From Octopus sinensis (Eukaryota): DNA of 64,000 nucleotides. Shown piece by piece: positions 51,133 through 64,000 of this stretch. The stretch is taken from assembly GCF_006345805.1 (NCBI RefSeq), contig NC_042997.1, forward strand, positions 190,836,001 through 190,900,000, written 5' to 3'. The notes below the pieces were generated by a model, which saw only the letters and a list, made by a program, of their open reading frames with translations, was not told the origin of the DNA and made no database searches. Position 1 is the first letter of the stretch. The number at the start of each line of letters is the position of its first letter. A program made the translations under genes and the position numbers.

Positions 51133-52001
51133 TATATATTATTATATAGAAGGAGCTTCTACAGGACTAGTACTGTTTCATTCAAGAGAAATCTTCAGGA
51201 AGCTATTTACAAGAATTGTATTAGCATTTATACATATAGGCAGGTTTATAAGGAGTGGTGGTGGGGGACTTTTTGGGGGTAGGCATAGCGCAAAATATCA
51301 TACTTGGGGAGTGGTCAAGGAGTCAGTGGTAGTAGTTAGATGAAAAAGGATAAATAAAATAAAAAAAAATAAAAAAAATTAAAAAATAAAAAATAATATA
51401 TATAATATATATATATATATTATATAATATGTAATGTTGCGTATGTGTATGTACATGTATATATATATATATGTGTGTATATGTATATATGTTTATATAT
51501 GTGAGTATGTAGAGATATAAGTATATGCATGAGTGTGTGTGTTGTGTGTATATATATATATATATATGTATGGATATGTGTATCAGTGTATATGTATATA
51601 TGTATGTGTGTGGGTATGTATTGTATGTATGTGTTATATGTATGTGTATATGTGTATATATGTGTATATATATGTAGTATGTGTATGTGTATGTATATGT
51701 TATGTGTATGTATGTGGTATGGTATGTATGTATATACATATATTGTATATATATATATATATAATGATTAATATATGTATATTAATATATATATATATAA
51801 TATATGAGTGTTCGTGTGTGTAGTAGGCATATATGTATGTATGCATGTATATGTGTATGTATATTATGTGTGTAAGTGTGTGCATATATGTTATGTAAGT
51901 ATGTGTGCGCGTATGAGTATGTATGTATGCTTGCAACGTGTATATATATGTGTGTGGTGGTATATATTGGATGCGTGTGCGTGTGTGCACGTGTATGGGT
52001 A

Positions 52002-52101
52002 NNNNNNNNNNNNNNNNNNNNNNNNNNNNNNNNNNNNNNNNNNNNNNNNNNNNNNNNNNNNNNNNNNNNNNNNNNNNNNNNNNNNNNNNNNNNNNNNNNN
52101 N
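52002..52101. other. Assembly gap (100 N)
   Basis: Seen directly. Confidence 1.
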
Positions 52102-52119
52102 TTCTACTCTTGGCACAAG

Positions 52120-52302
52120 GCTCGAAATTTTGGGGGAGGGTACCAGTCGATTAGATCAACCCCAGAACGCAACTGGTACTTAATTTATCAACCCCGAAAT
52201 GATGAAAGGCAAAGTTTACCTCAGGGGAATTTGAACTCAGAACGTAAAGACAAGCGAAATACCTATGAGCATTTCGCTCAGCATGCTAACGTTTCTGCCA
52301 AT
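52120..52302 (-). mobile_element. SINE family C
   Basis: gaaaggcaaagtttacctc...gaactcagaacgta...gctaacgtttctgcca. Confidence 0.82.
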
Positions 52303-52304
52303 AG

Positions 52305-52348
52305 TGGCGGTGGTGGTGGTGGTGGTGGTATTGTTGTTGGTATTGCTG

Positions 52349-52380
<32 letters not shown>

Positions 52381-53093
52381 GGTAGGGATGGAGGTGTTGG
52401 TGTACGAGTAGGGCGGAGTAGGGATGGGGTGGGAGTGGGGGTGATTGCGTTGGAAGTGATGGTCGTGGCCGAGATGACCCTGGTGGCATTGATGGTGTGT
52501 TGGTGATGATGGTGATGGTGGCGATGGTGAGGTGGTGACAGAGGTACTGGTGGAGGGCAAGTATGACGGTGGTGGTTGTAGTAGTTGTTGTGGTTCTGGT
52601 AGAGGGGGTGATGGTGGTGGTTCAAATGGTAGTGGTTGAGGTGGCAGCGGCGGTGGTGATCTGGTGGTGATGCTGATACTGGTGCTAGTGTTAGTGGTGG
52701 TTTCGGTGGTAATTATGATAGTATTGTGGTATGTTGTTGTTGTTGTTGCTGTTAGAGATGGTGGTCGTCGTCATCGTGAAGATATTCTTTTTGTAGTTAT
52801 GCTATTTTTATTGTTGTTGTTGTTATTAGTGTGATGGTGGTACTGATACTAGTGCTGGTTGCGACAGTAGGGATAACGGCTGTGGTGGTGATGGTGGTGG
52901 TGGTGGTGGTGGTGGTGGTGGTATCATTAGTGCTGGTGCCGCTGGTGGTGCCGCAGGTGCTCGTGCTGGTGATGGCAGTTAGGGCAGTAGTACCGTTGAC
53001 GTTGTTAACGGGGTATGAAGTTTTGAAGAAAGAAGGAAAGAAAGAAAGAAAGAAAGAAGGAAAGAAAGAAAGAAAGAAAGAAGGAAGGAAGAA

Positions 53094-53128
<35 letters not shown>

Positions 53129-53203
53129 CATGAAAGAAAGAAAAATGGAAGAAAGAAAGAAAAAAGAAAGAAAGAAAGAAAGAATGAATGAATGAATGAA
53201 TGA

Positions 53204-53235
<32 letters not shown>

Positions 53236-53341
53236 AGGAAGAAAAGAGAGAAAGAAAGAAAGCATGAAAGAAAGAAAAATGGAAGAAAGAAAGAAAAAAG
53301 AAAGAAAGAAAGAAAGAATGAATGAATGAATGAATGAATGA

Positions 53342-53409
<68 letters not shown>

Positions 53410-53884
53410 AAAAAATTGAAGAAAGAAGGAAAGAATGAAAGAAAAAAGGAAAGAAAGTAGGACAGAAGGAAGGAAAGAAGGAAAGAAGGAAAGAAAGAAA
53501 GAAAGAAAAAAGGAAGGAAGGTAGGAAAGAAGGAAAGAAGGTAAGAAAGAAACAAGGAAGGAAGAAGGAAAGAAAGAAGGAAAGGAACGAAAGAAAAGAA
53601 AGAAAGACAGAAGGAATGAACGAAAGAAGGAAAGAAAGAAGGAAAGAATGAAAGTAAGAAAGAAAGAAAAGAAGGAAGGAAGGAAGGTAGGAAGGAAGGA
53701 AAGGAAGGAAGAAGGAAAGAAGGAAGGAAGGAATGATAGATAGATAGATAGATAGATAGTAAGAAAGAAAGAAAGTAAGAAAGAAAGAAAGAAAGTAAGA
53801 AAGAAAGAAAGAAAATCGGTTGCATAAAGTTATTGCAGTGGCTAGATATGCTTAAAGTCTTTATCTTTAATTTTTTTCTTTTTC

Positions 53885-53943
<59 letters not shown>

Positions 53944-54095
53944 CATTAATTTCTTTTTACATTTTTCGTACCTGTATCGATCTTGATTTGCTTCAGTATT
54001 TTAAAAATGACGTTTAATGATCAACTTTTGCTCATATACTCTTTTCTTTAAACTACTTCGAAATAATAATAATAACAATAATAATAATAATGATG

Positions 54096-54129
<34 letters not shown>

Positions 54130-54161
54130 TAATAATAATACTAATACTAATAATAATAATG

Positions 54162-54223
<62 letters not shown>

Positions 54224-54286
54224 CATCTTATTTTTAATTCTTATCCTTTTGCTGGCTTTTTCTTGTAATTTTATTATTGTTATTAC

Positions 54287-54320
<34 letters not shown>

Positions 54321-54667
54321 TCTTTTTGCCGATATTTATCAGATTTTATCGATTGCAAAATGTCAATAAATCGTTAAAGTACTAGCGACCTCAATAGTAT
54401 TTTTACTTTTGTTTTTGGGGGTGTTTTTTTTTTACTTTTTTAAAAAATGTTTTTTGTCTTTTGATTTCGCTTGACTGTTCATTTATTTTTTCTCTCTTTC
54501 TCTCTCTCTCTCTTTTTCTCCTCCCTCTCTTTCCCTATCTCCCTCTCTGTATTAATCTACCTATCTATTCTTTCTCCCTCTCGCTTTTCTCTCCCTTTTC
54601 ATTATCTGTCTTTCCACCTGTCTACCTAATTATCCCTATAGTCACTGTTGCTTTCGTTTCTCTCTCG

Positions 54668-54702
<35 letters not shown>

Positions 54703-55020
54703 CCTTGTTTTACTTCTCTTTTTCTCTCTCTATCTCTATCTCTTTCTTTCTTGTTCTACTTCTCTTCTCTCTCTCTCTCTCCCTCTCTCTCTCTCTCCCT
54801 CCCCCCCCCCCTCTAGTCGTTGTTGACTTCGCTTCTGTTACTCTCACTTGCCCGCTTTTCCTCTCAATTTCATTCTATCTTTCCATCTGTCTATCTCTTT
54901 AATCAGTGTTGTCATCCTTCTTTTTCTTTCTCTCGCTTCTTCTCTATCTCCCAATCTCTCTCTCCCTCTCTCCCTCCCTCCCCCTCTCCCTCTCTCTCTC
55001 GCTCTCTCTCTCTCTCTCAC
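52305..55020. repeat. Block of simple repeats: (GGT)n/(GTT)n, (GAAA)n/(GGAA)n, (ATT)n/(AAT)n, (CT)n
   Basis: Seen directly. Confidence 0.9.
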
Positions 55021-55343
55021 CCGCTCTTTATTTTATTTCCTGCTTTTAACAGGAAAAAAATTATTTCTACTAATTGGTCACTGAAAGCTCTATGATAAAA
55101 AGTTAAATTTGATTTGGAAGATATAGTAACTAACAGTATAAAAGCACTGAGGTATTTGTGGTACTTTCACAGTTGGAAATCTAAAGAAAACTGAAACCTT
55201 TTCCTTTCTCATTTCTGAAACAAGAGGAGATCAGTTAGTATGGCTTCTGATGTGGTACTACCCCCACGATAAAGGTGAACCAAGCGAGAAAACAACATGC
55301 CTTCAGATAATTGTTGCTTCAGGTATTATTTTGTGTTTATATG

Positions 55344-55386
<43 letters not shown>

Positions 55387-55688
55387 CATGACAGGAGAAT
55401 ATAGTGTTGAATTATTTACTTACGACATCTTTACACGTCTTTCAGTGGCTGTTACACAATGATTACGTACTATTAATCTATGTAATTTTATACATACGTT
55501 ACTTCATTTGAATTTTTATGAAGAATGAAGAATTGTGTTTATAGTGGTCTAGAAGTTTCAGTGAGAGATATTATAAAAGGATATTGTAACGAGGTATTGT
55601 TGAAGGATATTGTAGAAATATATTGTATAAGGTTAATTGAATGTAACTGTCATTGTAACACGTGTAAAAATGTTACAAATAAACAATC

Positions 55689-56306
55689 GGATCTTTACCT
55701 TTTGACCGACAGATTTTAAAAATAATTTTTTGTAACTAAACACTTTCAAACTTCGGACACTGGTAGAATGTCTCATATAAAACATCTTTTATTCTTAGCG
55801 TTTTTGAGAAAAGCTTATATTTAGGAAGTTATTTCACGTTAAAATTGTCGTATTTCGGTAATTTCAACCAATCAATGACGTGTATTCAGATGAATAAAAT
55901 TACTGCCGTTGTTTGTCAACGACAACTATCGGCGGGGAATTTTTCGTTTGTCACTGTTATTTAAGACATCGTTCGTGCGTTTGTACTGGTTTTAGCTTTA
56001 AAGTTTTGGGGTTAGGGTTTTAAAGTTGTCATAAATAACAGTGATAAACGAAATATACACCGCCAGAAGTTCTTGTTGAAAAACAACAGTAGTAATTTTA
56101 TTCAGCTAAATACACGTCATTGATTGGTTGAAATTACCGAAATACGGCAACTTTCACAAGAAATAACTTCCAAAATACAGAATTTTCTCAACAACACCAA
56201 GAGTAAAAGATGTTTTATATGACACATTCAACCAGTGTCCGAAGTTTGAAAGTGTTTAGTTACAAAAATTTATTTTTTTAAATCTGTCGGTCAAAGGTAA
56301 AGATCC
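55689..56306. mobile_element. Long-TIR MITE (arms about 280 bp) with GG termini and a perfect 8-bp TSD
   Basis: ggatctttaccttttgaccgacag / ctgtcggtcaaaggtaaagatcc; TSD AAACAATC at 55681-55688 and 56307-56314. Confidence 0.92.
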
Positions 56307-56619
56307 AAACAATCTACTCTCAGACAACTGCTGCTAAAAATGCTATTCTGTTGTTTTTGAGTCTCAAAATGGTTCTGATTAATCAAAAGTTTTCCCACAA
56401 GGCCCATCCCCACCTTTTTTCCCCAGGGCATATGCGCATATGTGGGTGCGTGTAAGAAGTTTGCTTTTTAACCGCATGGTTTCAGGTTTAGTCATATTGC
56501 GTGACTCTTTGAGTGTCTTCTACTTATAGTCCAGGGCCAACAAAAACCTCTTGAATGGCTATGGTGGATAGAAAATGAAAAATGTTTATCGAATGTGTAT
56601 ATGCGTGTTTATGTGTGTA

Positions 56620-56656
<37 letters not shown>

Positions 56657-57046
56657 ATGTTTATGTTTGTGTCTATCCTACCATTGCTGACAACCGATGT
56701 TGGCTTGTTTACACTCTCGTAACTTTGCGTCTCAACAAATGAGACCAATAGAATAAGCGCCAGACTTTAAAACAATAAGTACTGGATTTGATTTGTTCGA
56801 TTAGAACCCTTCTAGGTGGTGCCCCCAATTTCTATGGAATCCCGTGAATTACAAGAGTGACAGTAGCTAGATCTCCCTCGATTCGCTATTTGGGAGAACA
56901 CTCTGGATAATTTTTTCCGATAATGGTGTCTGAAAAAAATGATACGATGGCCATGGCCGGAATCCTCTTAATCAAATGTCTGCTCGACTAGGACTGACTT
57001 AGAATTAAACAACCTCATTCTCTCACTCTCTCTCCCTTTCTTACTT

Positions 57047-57086
<40 letters not shown>

Positions 57087-57142
57087 TCTCCCATAGTATT
57101 GTGCTATTAAGGTGGAAATGCGGGTAACTATATACATTGTGA

Positions 57143-57409
57143 GTGGAGGCGCATGGCCTAGCGGGTTCGAATCTCAGACCAAGCGATGTGTGTGTTTATG
57201 AGCGAAACACCTAAGCTCCACGCGGCTCCGGCAGAAGGTAATGTCGAACTTCTGCTGACTCTATCGCCACAACTTTCTCTCACTCTTTCCTCCTGCATCT
57301 TGCAGCTCACCTGCGACGGACCGGCGTCCCGTCCAGGTGGGGAACCTATACGCCAAGTAATCCGGGAAACCGGCCCTTATGAGCCAGGCGTGGCTCGAGA
57401 AGGAACAAA
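57143..57409 (+). mobile_element. SINE, family B-type
   Basis: gtggaggcgcatggcctag head; ccgggaaaccggcccttatgag...gagaaggaac tail, as at 21655. Confidence 0.82.
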
Positions 57410-57573
57410 CATATGCATTGTAAAATTTACTTACAGTTAGAGGATTCAACTACTTAAAACTAAGACTTTTGGCAATGGATCTGGCGCGTCTTGCGAATAA
57501 CAAGGAGACAAACTAGCGTTTGTCCGTTAGCTAGTCGACCAAGCCACTGCCGGAGAAACTTCGAAGTTTATCA

Positions 57574-57989
57574 TACTCTTTACTCTTTACTCTTTTACTT
57601 GTTTCAGTCATTTGAATGCAGCCATGCTGGAGCACCGCCTTTAGTCGAGCAAATCGACCCCAGGACTTATTCTTTGTAAGCTTAGTACTTATTCTATCTA
57701 TTTCTTTTGCCGAACCGCTAAGTGACGGCGACGTAAACACACCAGCATCGGTTGTCAAGCAATGCTAGGGGGACAAACACAGATACACAAACACACACAT
57801 ACATATATATATATGCATATGTACGACGGTCTTCTTTCAGTTTCCGTCTACCGAATCCACTCGCAAGGCTTTGGTCGGCCCGAGGCTATAGTAGAATACA
57901 CTTGCCCAAGATGCCACGCAGTGAGAATGAACCCGGAACCATGTGGTTGGTAAGCAAGCTACTTACCACACAGACACTCCTGCGCCTAT
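57574..57989 (-). mobile_element. SINE family A, full length
   Basis: Direct match to the other copies. Confidence 0.92.
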
Positions 57990-58756
57990 CAGCTTGTATT
58001 TCGCTCAAATAGAAATTACCGATACCTAACTTTGGAACAGGACTACATTATATTAAAACCCGTAGAGACAAAACGGTTGAAATCGATCTGAGACAATCTG
58101 GCACAGAGCTACATTTATATCAAGCAAGAAAGAATGAGTGGTCAAAGACGACTCCAGTGAGATTTGAACTCGGAACTTAAAGGACATCAATAAATATTCC
58201 CAAAGATTGACCCTTTATTGCTTCAGCAACTCCAACACTCTGACTCACAGAATAGACTTCTTGTATTTTGTTATATTTAACAAGCCCAAGGGATAGAGGT
58301 GCATTCCATGCTCTATAAATGTTCTTGTTTCAATGTTAATGCAAAAATCAATCAATAGCTTTTCATATGATTGTTTTATTATGTTTACGCTTTGGCTATG
58401 TCTTCGATTTTTATCCATAGTTTATGTTTTATAAAGCGCAACACGCGAGCTTCTGTCATTGTGTTGAAGTTTTCGGTTAAGTCGTCGATTTCATCTCATT
58501 GATTTGAGTTATAGGAAGTGTATCACCTGAACATACATTGTAACAAATAGAATAATTAAGATTTCAAAACACTGATTATATGTGTGTGTGAGTGCGTGTG
58601 TATGTGTGTACACATACATATATACATGTATACATACATACATACATACATACATGCATACATACATACATACATACATACATACATACATACATACATA
58701 CATACATACATACATGATAGGAGAATATAGTGCTGAATTATTTATTTATAGCATTT

Positions 58757-59120
58757 CGGGTTCAGTCCCACTACGTGGCACCTTGGGCAAGTGTCTTCTC
58801 CTACAGCCTCGGGCCGACCAAAACCGTGTGAGAGGATTTGGTAGACGGAAACTGAAAGAAGCCCGTCGTATATATGTATATGTATATATATGTTTGTGTG
58901 TGTGTATATGTTTGTGTGTCTGTGTTTGTCCCCCCAACATCGCTTGACAACCGATGCTGGTGTGTTTACGTCCCCATAACTTAGCGGTTCGACAAGAGCG
59001 ACCGATAGAATAAGTACTAGGCTTACAAAGAATAAGTCCTGAGGTCGATTTGCTCGACTAAAGGCGGTGCTCCAGCATGGCCACAGTCACATGACTGAAA
59101 CAAGTAAAAGAGTAAAAGAG
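58757..59120 (+). mobile_element. SINE family A, 5'-truncated
   Basis: Starts in the B box (cgggttcagtccc), full tail. Confidence 0.9.
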
Positions 59121-59444
59121 CATCTTTTCATGTGTTTCAGTGACAGTTACACAATGATCACGTATGACTAACTTTATAATACTTTATGATCACGTCATTT
59201 CATCTGAATTTTTATGAAGGGTGAAGAGTTGTGTTTATTTATAGTAGTCTAGAAGTTTCAGAGAGAATTATTATAGAATATTACTAGACTACCCATTACC
59301 CGTTGGAGCACCTGGAAAGTCTGAGTTTCCCAGCAACAGAGTTTTGTTTTGTGGGTATTTATATTCTTTTCCAGGTTATTTCGCATGCTTTCAACAAATG
59401 TTATATCGAAATAACGCGTAAACGGCTCCTTTCCCCAGAAAAGA

Positions 59445-59563
59445 AAAGATTTGGCTGATATTTCTTGCACGCCCTGCTACCACGTAACAGGTATTGCGGA
59501 TCCTTTATCGCAAATAGCTGTTACATGGTAGCAGGACGTGCTAGAAATAGCAGCCAAATCTTT
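59445..59563. other. Long inverted repeat (46-bp arms, 27-nt spacer)
   Basis: aaagatttggctgatatttcttgcacgccctgctaccacgtaacag pairs with ctgttacatggtagcaggacgtgctagaaatagcagccaaatcttt (4 differences). Confidence 0.9.
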
Positions 59564-59649
59564 GGAGCTGAGATATGTCGAATGTACTCGAAAAATTTAT
59601 TGTAGTGGTATTCCCTTGGGCCTATTTTTTACTTTGACTCTCAGAACTG

Positions 59650-60125
59650 TCATCCGGATCAGCTGGTTTTGTTCGTTAATTTCCGTAAAAACTTTTTGGT
59701 TGCCTATTTTTGTTTTAAAGTGAAAGAGAAGAGAAAGTGTATATGAAAGTTTATATGACATGGACATGTGTGAGAGAGCGAGAGAAAAAGAAAAAAGTAC
59801 TACTTACACATACATGAGAACTCACACGTTGACTCACTCTCTATCTCTCTTTCTCTCTCACACACACATACATACACACACTCACATACACATGTACATA
59901 CAAAAAAGATGTACGCATATGTATTGATGCATGTACGTATACCTGACAACACATGCCTTCACTCACTCCCTCTCTCTTTCTCTCTCTTTTTCTCTCTCTA
60001 TCTCTTCCTCTCTTTCTCTCTCACACACACGTCCATTTCATATACACGTACATACATCTTTCACTTTAAAATAAAAGTAAATAAATAAAAAATTTCTGCG
60101 GAAATTAACGAACTCCGGATGATAA
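59650..60125. mobile_element. Decayed foldback/MITE
   Basis: tcatccgga..gttcgttaatttccg..ttttaaagtgaaaga is inverted at 60055-60125. Confidence 0.7.
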
Positions 60126-61544
60126 GCGAAAGATTGCCATTCACTTGAAAATAATTTTTGAAAAAAAACATAAAAATATTGTCTGTTTAAAGACAGCTAA
60201 AATATGAATACTTACTGTACAAACAACTTACATTTTTGAAATTACATTCAGTTAAAAATATTTCTAAATGATTAAAATATTGTGTACGTCAAAAAGTCGA
60301 TGTTTTTTTTCTTTTCTTAGAGAGCGCAAAGAGTATGTGTGTGTATATATCACAGATAGCGGACGTGTGCTTGTGTTGATTGACACGCCATGACATTCAT
60401 TATGTGTGTGTATTCTGTATGTGTGTATGCATGTTGACGTCACGGCAGTGATGGGTTTTTTTTCGTCAAGAAATAAACAAAAATTGTGTTTAATCGTTTT
60501 CCTTAATATATAGAGTCTCAAGTATCACAAAAATTTGTACTGCACTGTCGAAGGTAAGTATGAAAATAAATATGCAAAGAAAATTAAGATGAAATATACT
60601 ATTTCAGAGATATTTTGTGTACACACAGACATCTCTTGAGTTTTAGTATTATCAAAATTGTAAAGAGGTATTGTAGAAGAATATTAAAGAGAGTCGTTGT
60701 GTAAAGTTAATCATACGTAAACATTTTATAACTTTCATTCGAACATGTGAAAAGTTTATATAAATAAATAATTTAATACTATATTCTCTTGTCTTGTGCC
60801 GCTTATTTTACTGTACAAGTATTGTAGTTAACAAATCTGTAACAAATTTATCTGTGTAATAACGTGGATTTTCTTTTCAGACGTCTGCTGCAAAGTGTAA
60901 TGAAACATAAAGTGCTCTAACACAATGGTTATGCCTTACACTTTAAAAGGGGCTCTACACACGCGCGCGCACACACATTATATATATAAGAGAGAGAGGG
61001 GGAGAGAAAGAGAGGGAGAGACAGAGAGATAGTAGAAGTTAGTTCTTGATTTCTGAGTTCATATTTCACTAGGGTCGATTTTTGCCTTTCATCTTTCTGG
61101 GATTAATGACGGATCGATTTAGTTGAGTGTGCTTTTACCAATACGTATTGCCTGAGGACAGTTAGAAATCAATATTTTTCCACTGGAACAATTATGATGA
61201 AATGTATTGAATGCTGAAAAAAGAAATACTTCGAGGGATATGGTTTCATCCTTTTTTTACATTCTGTGTTCAAATCAGGCCAACGTTTTCTTTCACCGAT
61301 AAAACAAGTATCTGTCAAATACTGGAAACGCCTAAAGGTGATTCTCAAACAATGACGGGAACCAGTGAAAAAATAACCGAAAAAAATTATTCTTTCTCCT
61401 TTTAACATTCCACAGGAGACCGTGGTGGTAGGTTGGCAGAATCGTTAGAGCGTCGGACAAAATACTTTGCGGCGTCTAGTTACGGCTCTTTACGTTCTAA
61501 ATTTAAATCGTGCCGAGGCCAACTTTACCTTTCGTCTTTTCTGA

Positions 61545-62445
61545 GTTGGTAAAATAAAGTGTCAGTTAAGTAGAGATGAGATATCGACTTAGCCCCAGCC
61601 AGCAAAACTGCTGGCCTTGTGCCTAAATTAGAATCTATATTATAGAAAAATCTTCATTGCCAATATTTCATCCTTTTTCTGATTGTGTAATTTATTTTCT
61701 TTAGGTTATGCTGTGCTGAAGATTCAAAACAAGGATGAAATGGCGTTATACATACAACGTCTGAAAAATTTAAGACTTTTATGATGTGTAACGAAAAGAA
61801 AAGGAAATATTAAATATTCTGTTCGCCTTCTTTACTCTTTGAGTTAAAATTCAAACTTCCAATCCCACGTTAAGGTAATCTAGAAAGGATTATCTCCCTT
61901 ATGATATACTGATTACCTTGTTGGTAAAATTAAGTGTCAGTTAAGTAGTGGAGATGAGGTATCGACTTAGCCCCAGCCAGCAAAACTGCTGGCCTTGTGC
62001 CTAAATTAGAATCTATATTATAGAAAAATCTTCATTACCAATATTTCATCTTTTTTCTGATTGTGTAATTTATTTTCTTTAGGTTATGCTGTGCTGAAGA
62101 TTCAAAACAAGGATGAAATGGTGTTATACATACAACGTCTGAAAATTTTAAGACTTTTATGATGTGTAACGAAAAGAAAAGGAAATATTAAATATTTTGT
62201 TCACCTTCTTTACTCTTTGATTTAAAATTCAAACTTCCAATCCCACGTTAAGGTAATCTAGAAAGGATTATCTCCCCAGTGATAAACTGACCACCTAGTT
62301 GGTAAAAATAAAGTGTCAGTTAAGTAGTGGAGATGAGGTATCGACTTATCCCCAGCCAGCAAAACTGTTGGCCTTGTGCCTAAATTAGAATCTATATTAT
62401 ACAAAGTATTCATTGCCGATATTTCATCCTTTTTCTGATTGTGGA
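61545..62445 (+). repeat. Tandem duplication: about 2.4 units of 375-378 bp, starting inside a family C SINE
   Basis: Units start at 61545, 61920 and 62298 with gttggtaaaa...gtgtcagttaagtag. Confidence 0.92.
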
Positions 62446-62619
62446 GAGGTGGTATCGACTTATCGCCATGCAGCATTAACCTATTAAACATAGGAAACTT
62501 ACCGACCTCTTCAGAGTTTCTCACGTTTTGTTAATCATTATTCTTTTAATCGAAGCGTTCGAGAGTGGCAGATTCACTTGAGAACGGGACTAAATGAGTA
62601 TCGATATTTAAGTAAAACC

Positions 62620-62830
62620 CAAGGCGGCGTGCTAGCAGAATCGTTAACATGCCGGGGAAAATGCTTGACGATATTTCATCCAACTTTACATTCTGAGTTC
62701 AAATTACGCCGAGGTCAACTTTTGCTTTTCATCCTTTTGGGGTCCATAAAATAAATACCAGTTGAGTACTGGGGTCGATGTAATCGACTTACTCTCGGAA
62801 TTGTTGGCTTTGTGCCAAAATTTGAAATCG
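62620..62830 (+). mobile_element. SINE family C
   Basis: ggcggcgtgctagcagaatcgttaac...actggggtcgatgtaatcgac. Confidence 0.82.
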
Positions 62831-62920
62831 ATATTTAAGTAAAACCCTAGACCAAGAATGAGCAAATTTTTTCGAGAATCGGGCCGCATGAATCACGACT
62901 CATCATCAGTTGGGTCACAG

Positions 62921-63495
62921 GGATCTTTGCCACTGACAGATTTTTAAAATAATTTTTTGCAACTAAACACTTTCAAACTTCAGACACTGGTAGAATGTGT
63001 CATATAAAATATCTTTTACTCTTAGCATTTTTGAGAAAAGCTTATATTTAGGAAATTATTTCACGTTCAAGTTGTCGCATTACGGTAATTTCAACCAATC
63101 AATGACGTGTATTCAGCTAAATAAAATTACTGCCATTGCTTGTCAACAAGAACTTCCGGCGGTGTATATTTCGTTTGTCACTGTTATTTATAACAACCCT
63201 AACCCTAAAACCTTAAAGCTAAAACGCATGAACGATGTCATAAATAACAGTGTCAAACGAAAAATACACCGCCGATAGTTGTTGTTGACAATTAATTTTA
63301 TTCAGCTGAATACACGTCATTGATTGAAATTACCGAAATACGACAACTTTAACGTGAAATAACTTCCTAAATATAAGCTTTTCTCAAAAACGTTAAGAGT
63401 AAAAGATGTTTTATATGAGACATTCTACCAGTGTCCGAAGTTTGAAAGTGTTAGATACAAAAAATTATTTTTTAAATTTGTCGGTCAAGATTTTT
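62921..63495. mobile_element. Long-TIR MITE of the same family as 55689-56306; opposite internal orientation, right end damaged
   Basis: ggatcttt...gacagatttttaaaataat start; internal ccctaaccctaa. Confidence 0.85.
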
Positions 63496-64000
63496 TTAAT
63501 TTGTCGGTCAGCTTCAGAACTAAAAATAATTACCGTTTTTTTTTTGTATTATTTTGTTTCGTTTTTTTTGCATGACACTCGGGAAGTTCCGCAGACCGCA
63601 ACTTGGCCATGACTGACCTAATCTATCATCTCATGAGATTCAGGTTTTCATTACAACAAACTTATTTATTTTCACTGCACTTCAATCAAAGAAAGAAGCA
63701 ACGAACTCTCCGACAAAAACATTAACTGAAAAAAAGTTTTTGGCTCTTCCTCAGTATCACAAGAGTTAACTTTGCTCTTTCATCATTCCGAGATCAATAA
63801 AATAAATATCACTCAAGTACTGGGATCAATTGAATCGTTACTGCCTTTCATCAATATTTGTAACCTTGTGGCAATATTAGAATTTAGAACTTTTTTTTTC
63901 TTTCCCAATAGAGACTAAGAGACGAGGGAAAAGATGAACTTTGTCCGAAGAATAAAAACAATCATGTCCTCATAGCACATGATTTTATTTTTTTTTTTTA

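Noticed and set aside
52237-53825. Pro/His/Thr-rich and F/L/S-rich long ORFs (up to 342 aa)
   Set aside because: Derived from (GGT)n and (GAAA)n simple repeats.

Overview
Eukaryotic, AT-rich DNA saturated with repeats. The SINE/LINE repertoire and microsatellite load point to an octopod cephalopod (inference). No host protein-coding gene can be called confidently, and most ORF-track entries are translations of microsatellites. The window holds three tRNA-headed SINE groups, often nested with visible TSDs, plus LINE remnants (Tx1/L1, RTE, CR1), Penelope-like remnants, Helitron-like and TIR MITEs, a U6 snRNA pseudogene and a 100-N gap. Main points: (1) three unrelated retroelements each sit inside a microsatellite with the same unit on both sides (Tx1 in (GATA)n, an RTE zinc-finger tail in (TATG)n, an unnamed 3' end in (ATT)n); (2) a family of minimal hammerhead ribozymes in Penelope-like terminal repeats, with one copy intact at 23994-24028, next to a decayed USP-like protease fragment; (3) a U6 copy fused directly to the start of an RTE ORF, inside a 4.1-kb segment with 80-bp terminal direct repeats that splits a SINE; (4) a CR1 LINE whose 3' tail, including a covarying stem-loop, is shared with two SINE types. 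All alignments were made by eye and coordinates are approximate to a few bases.
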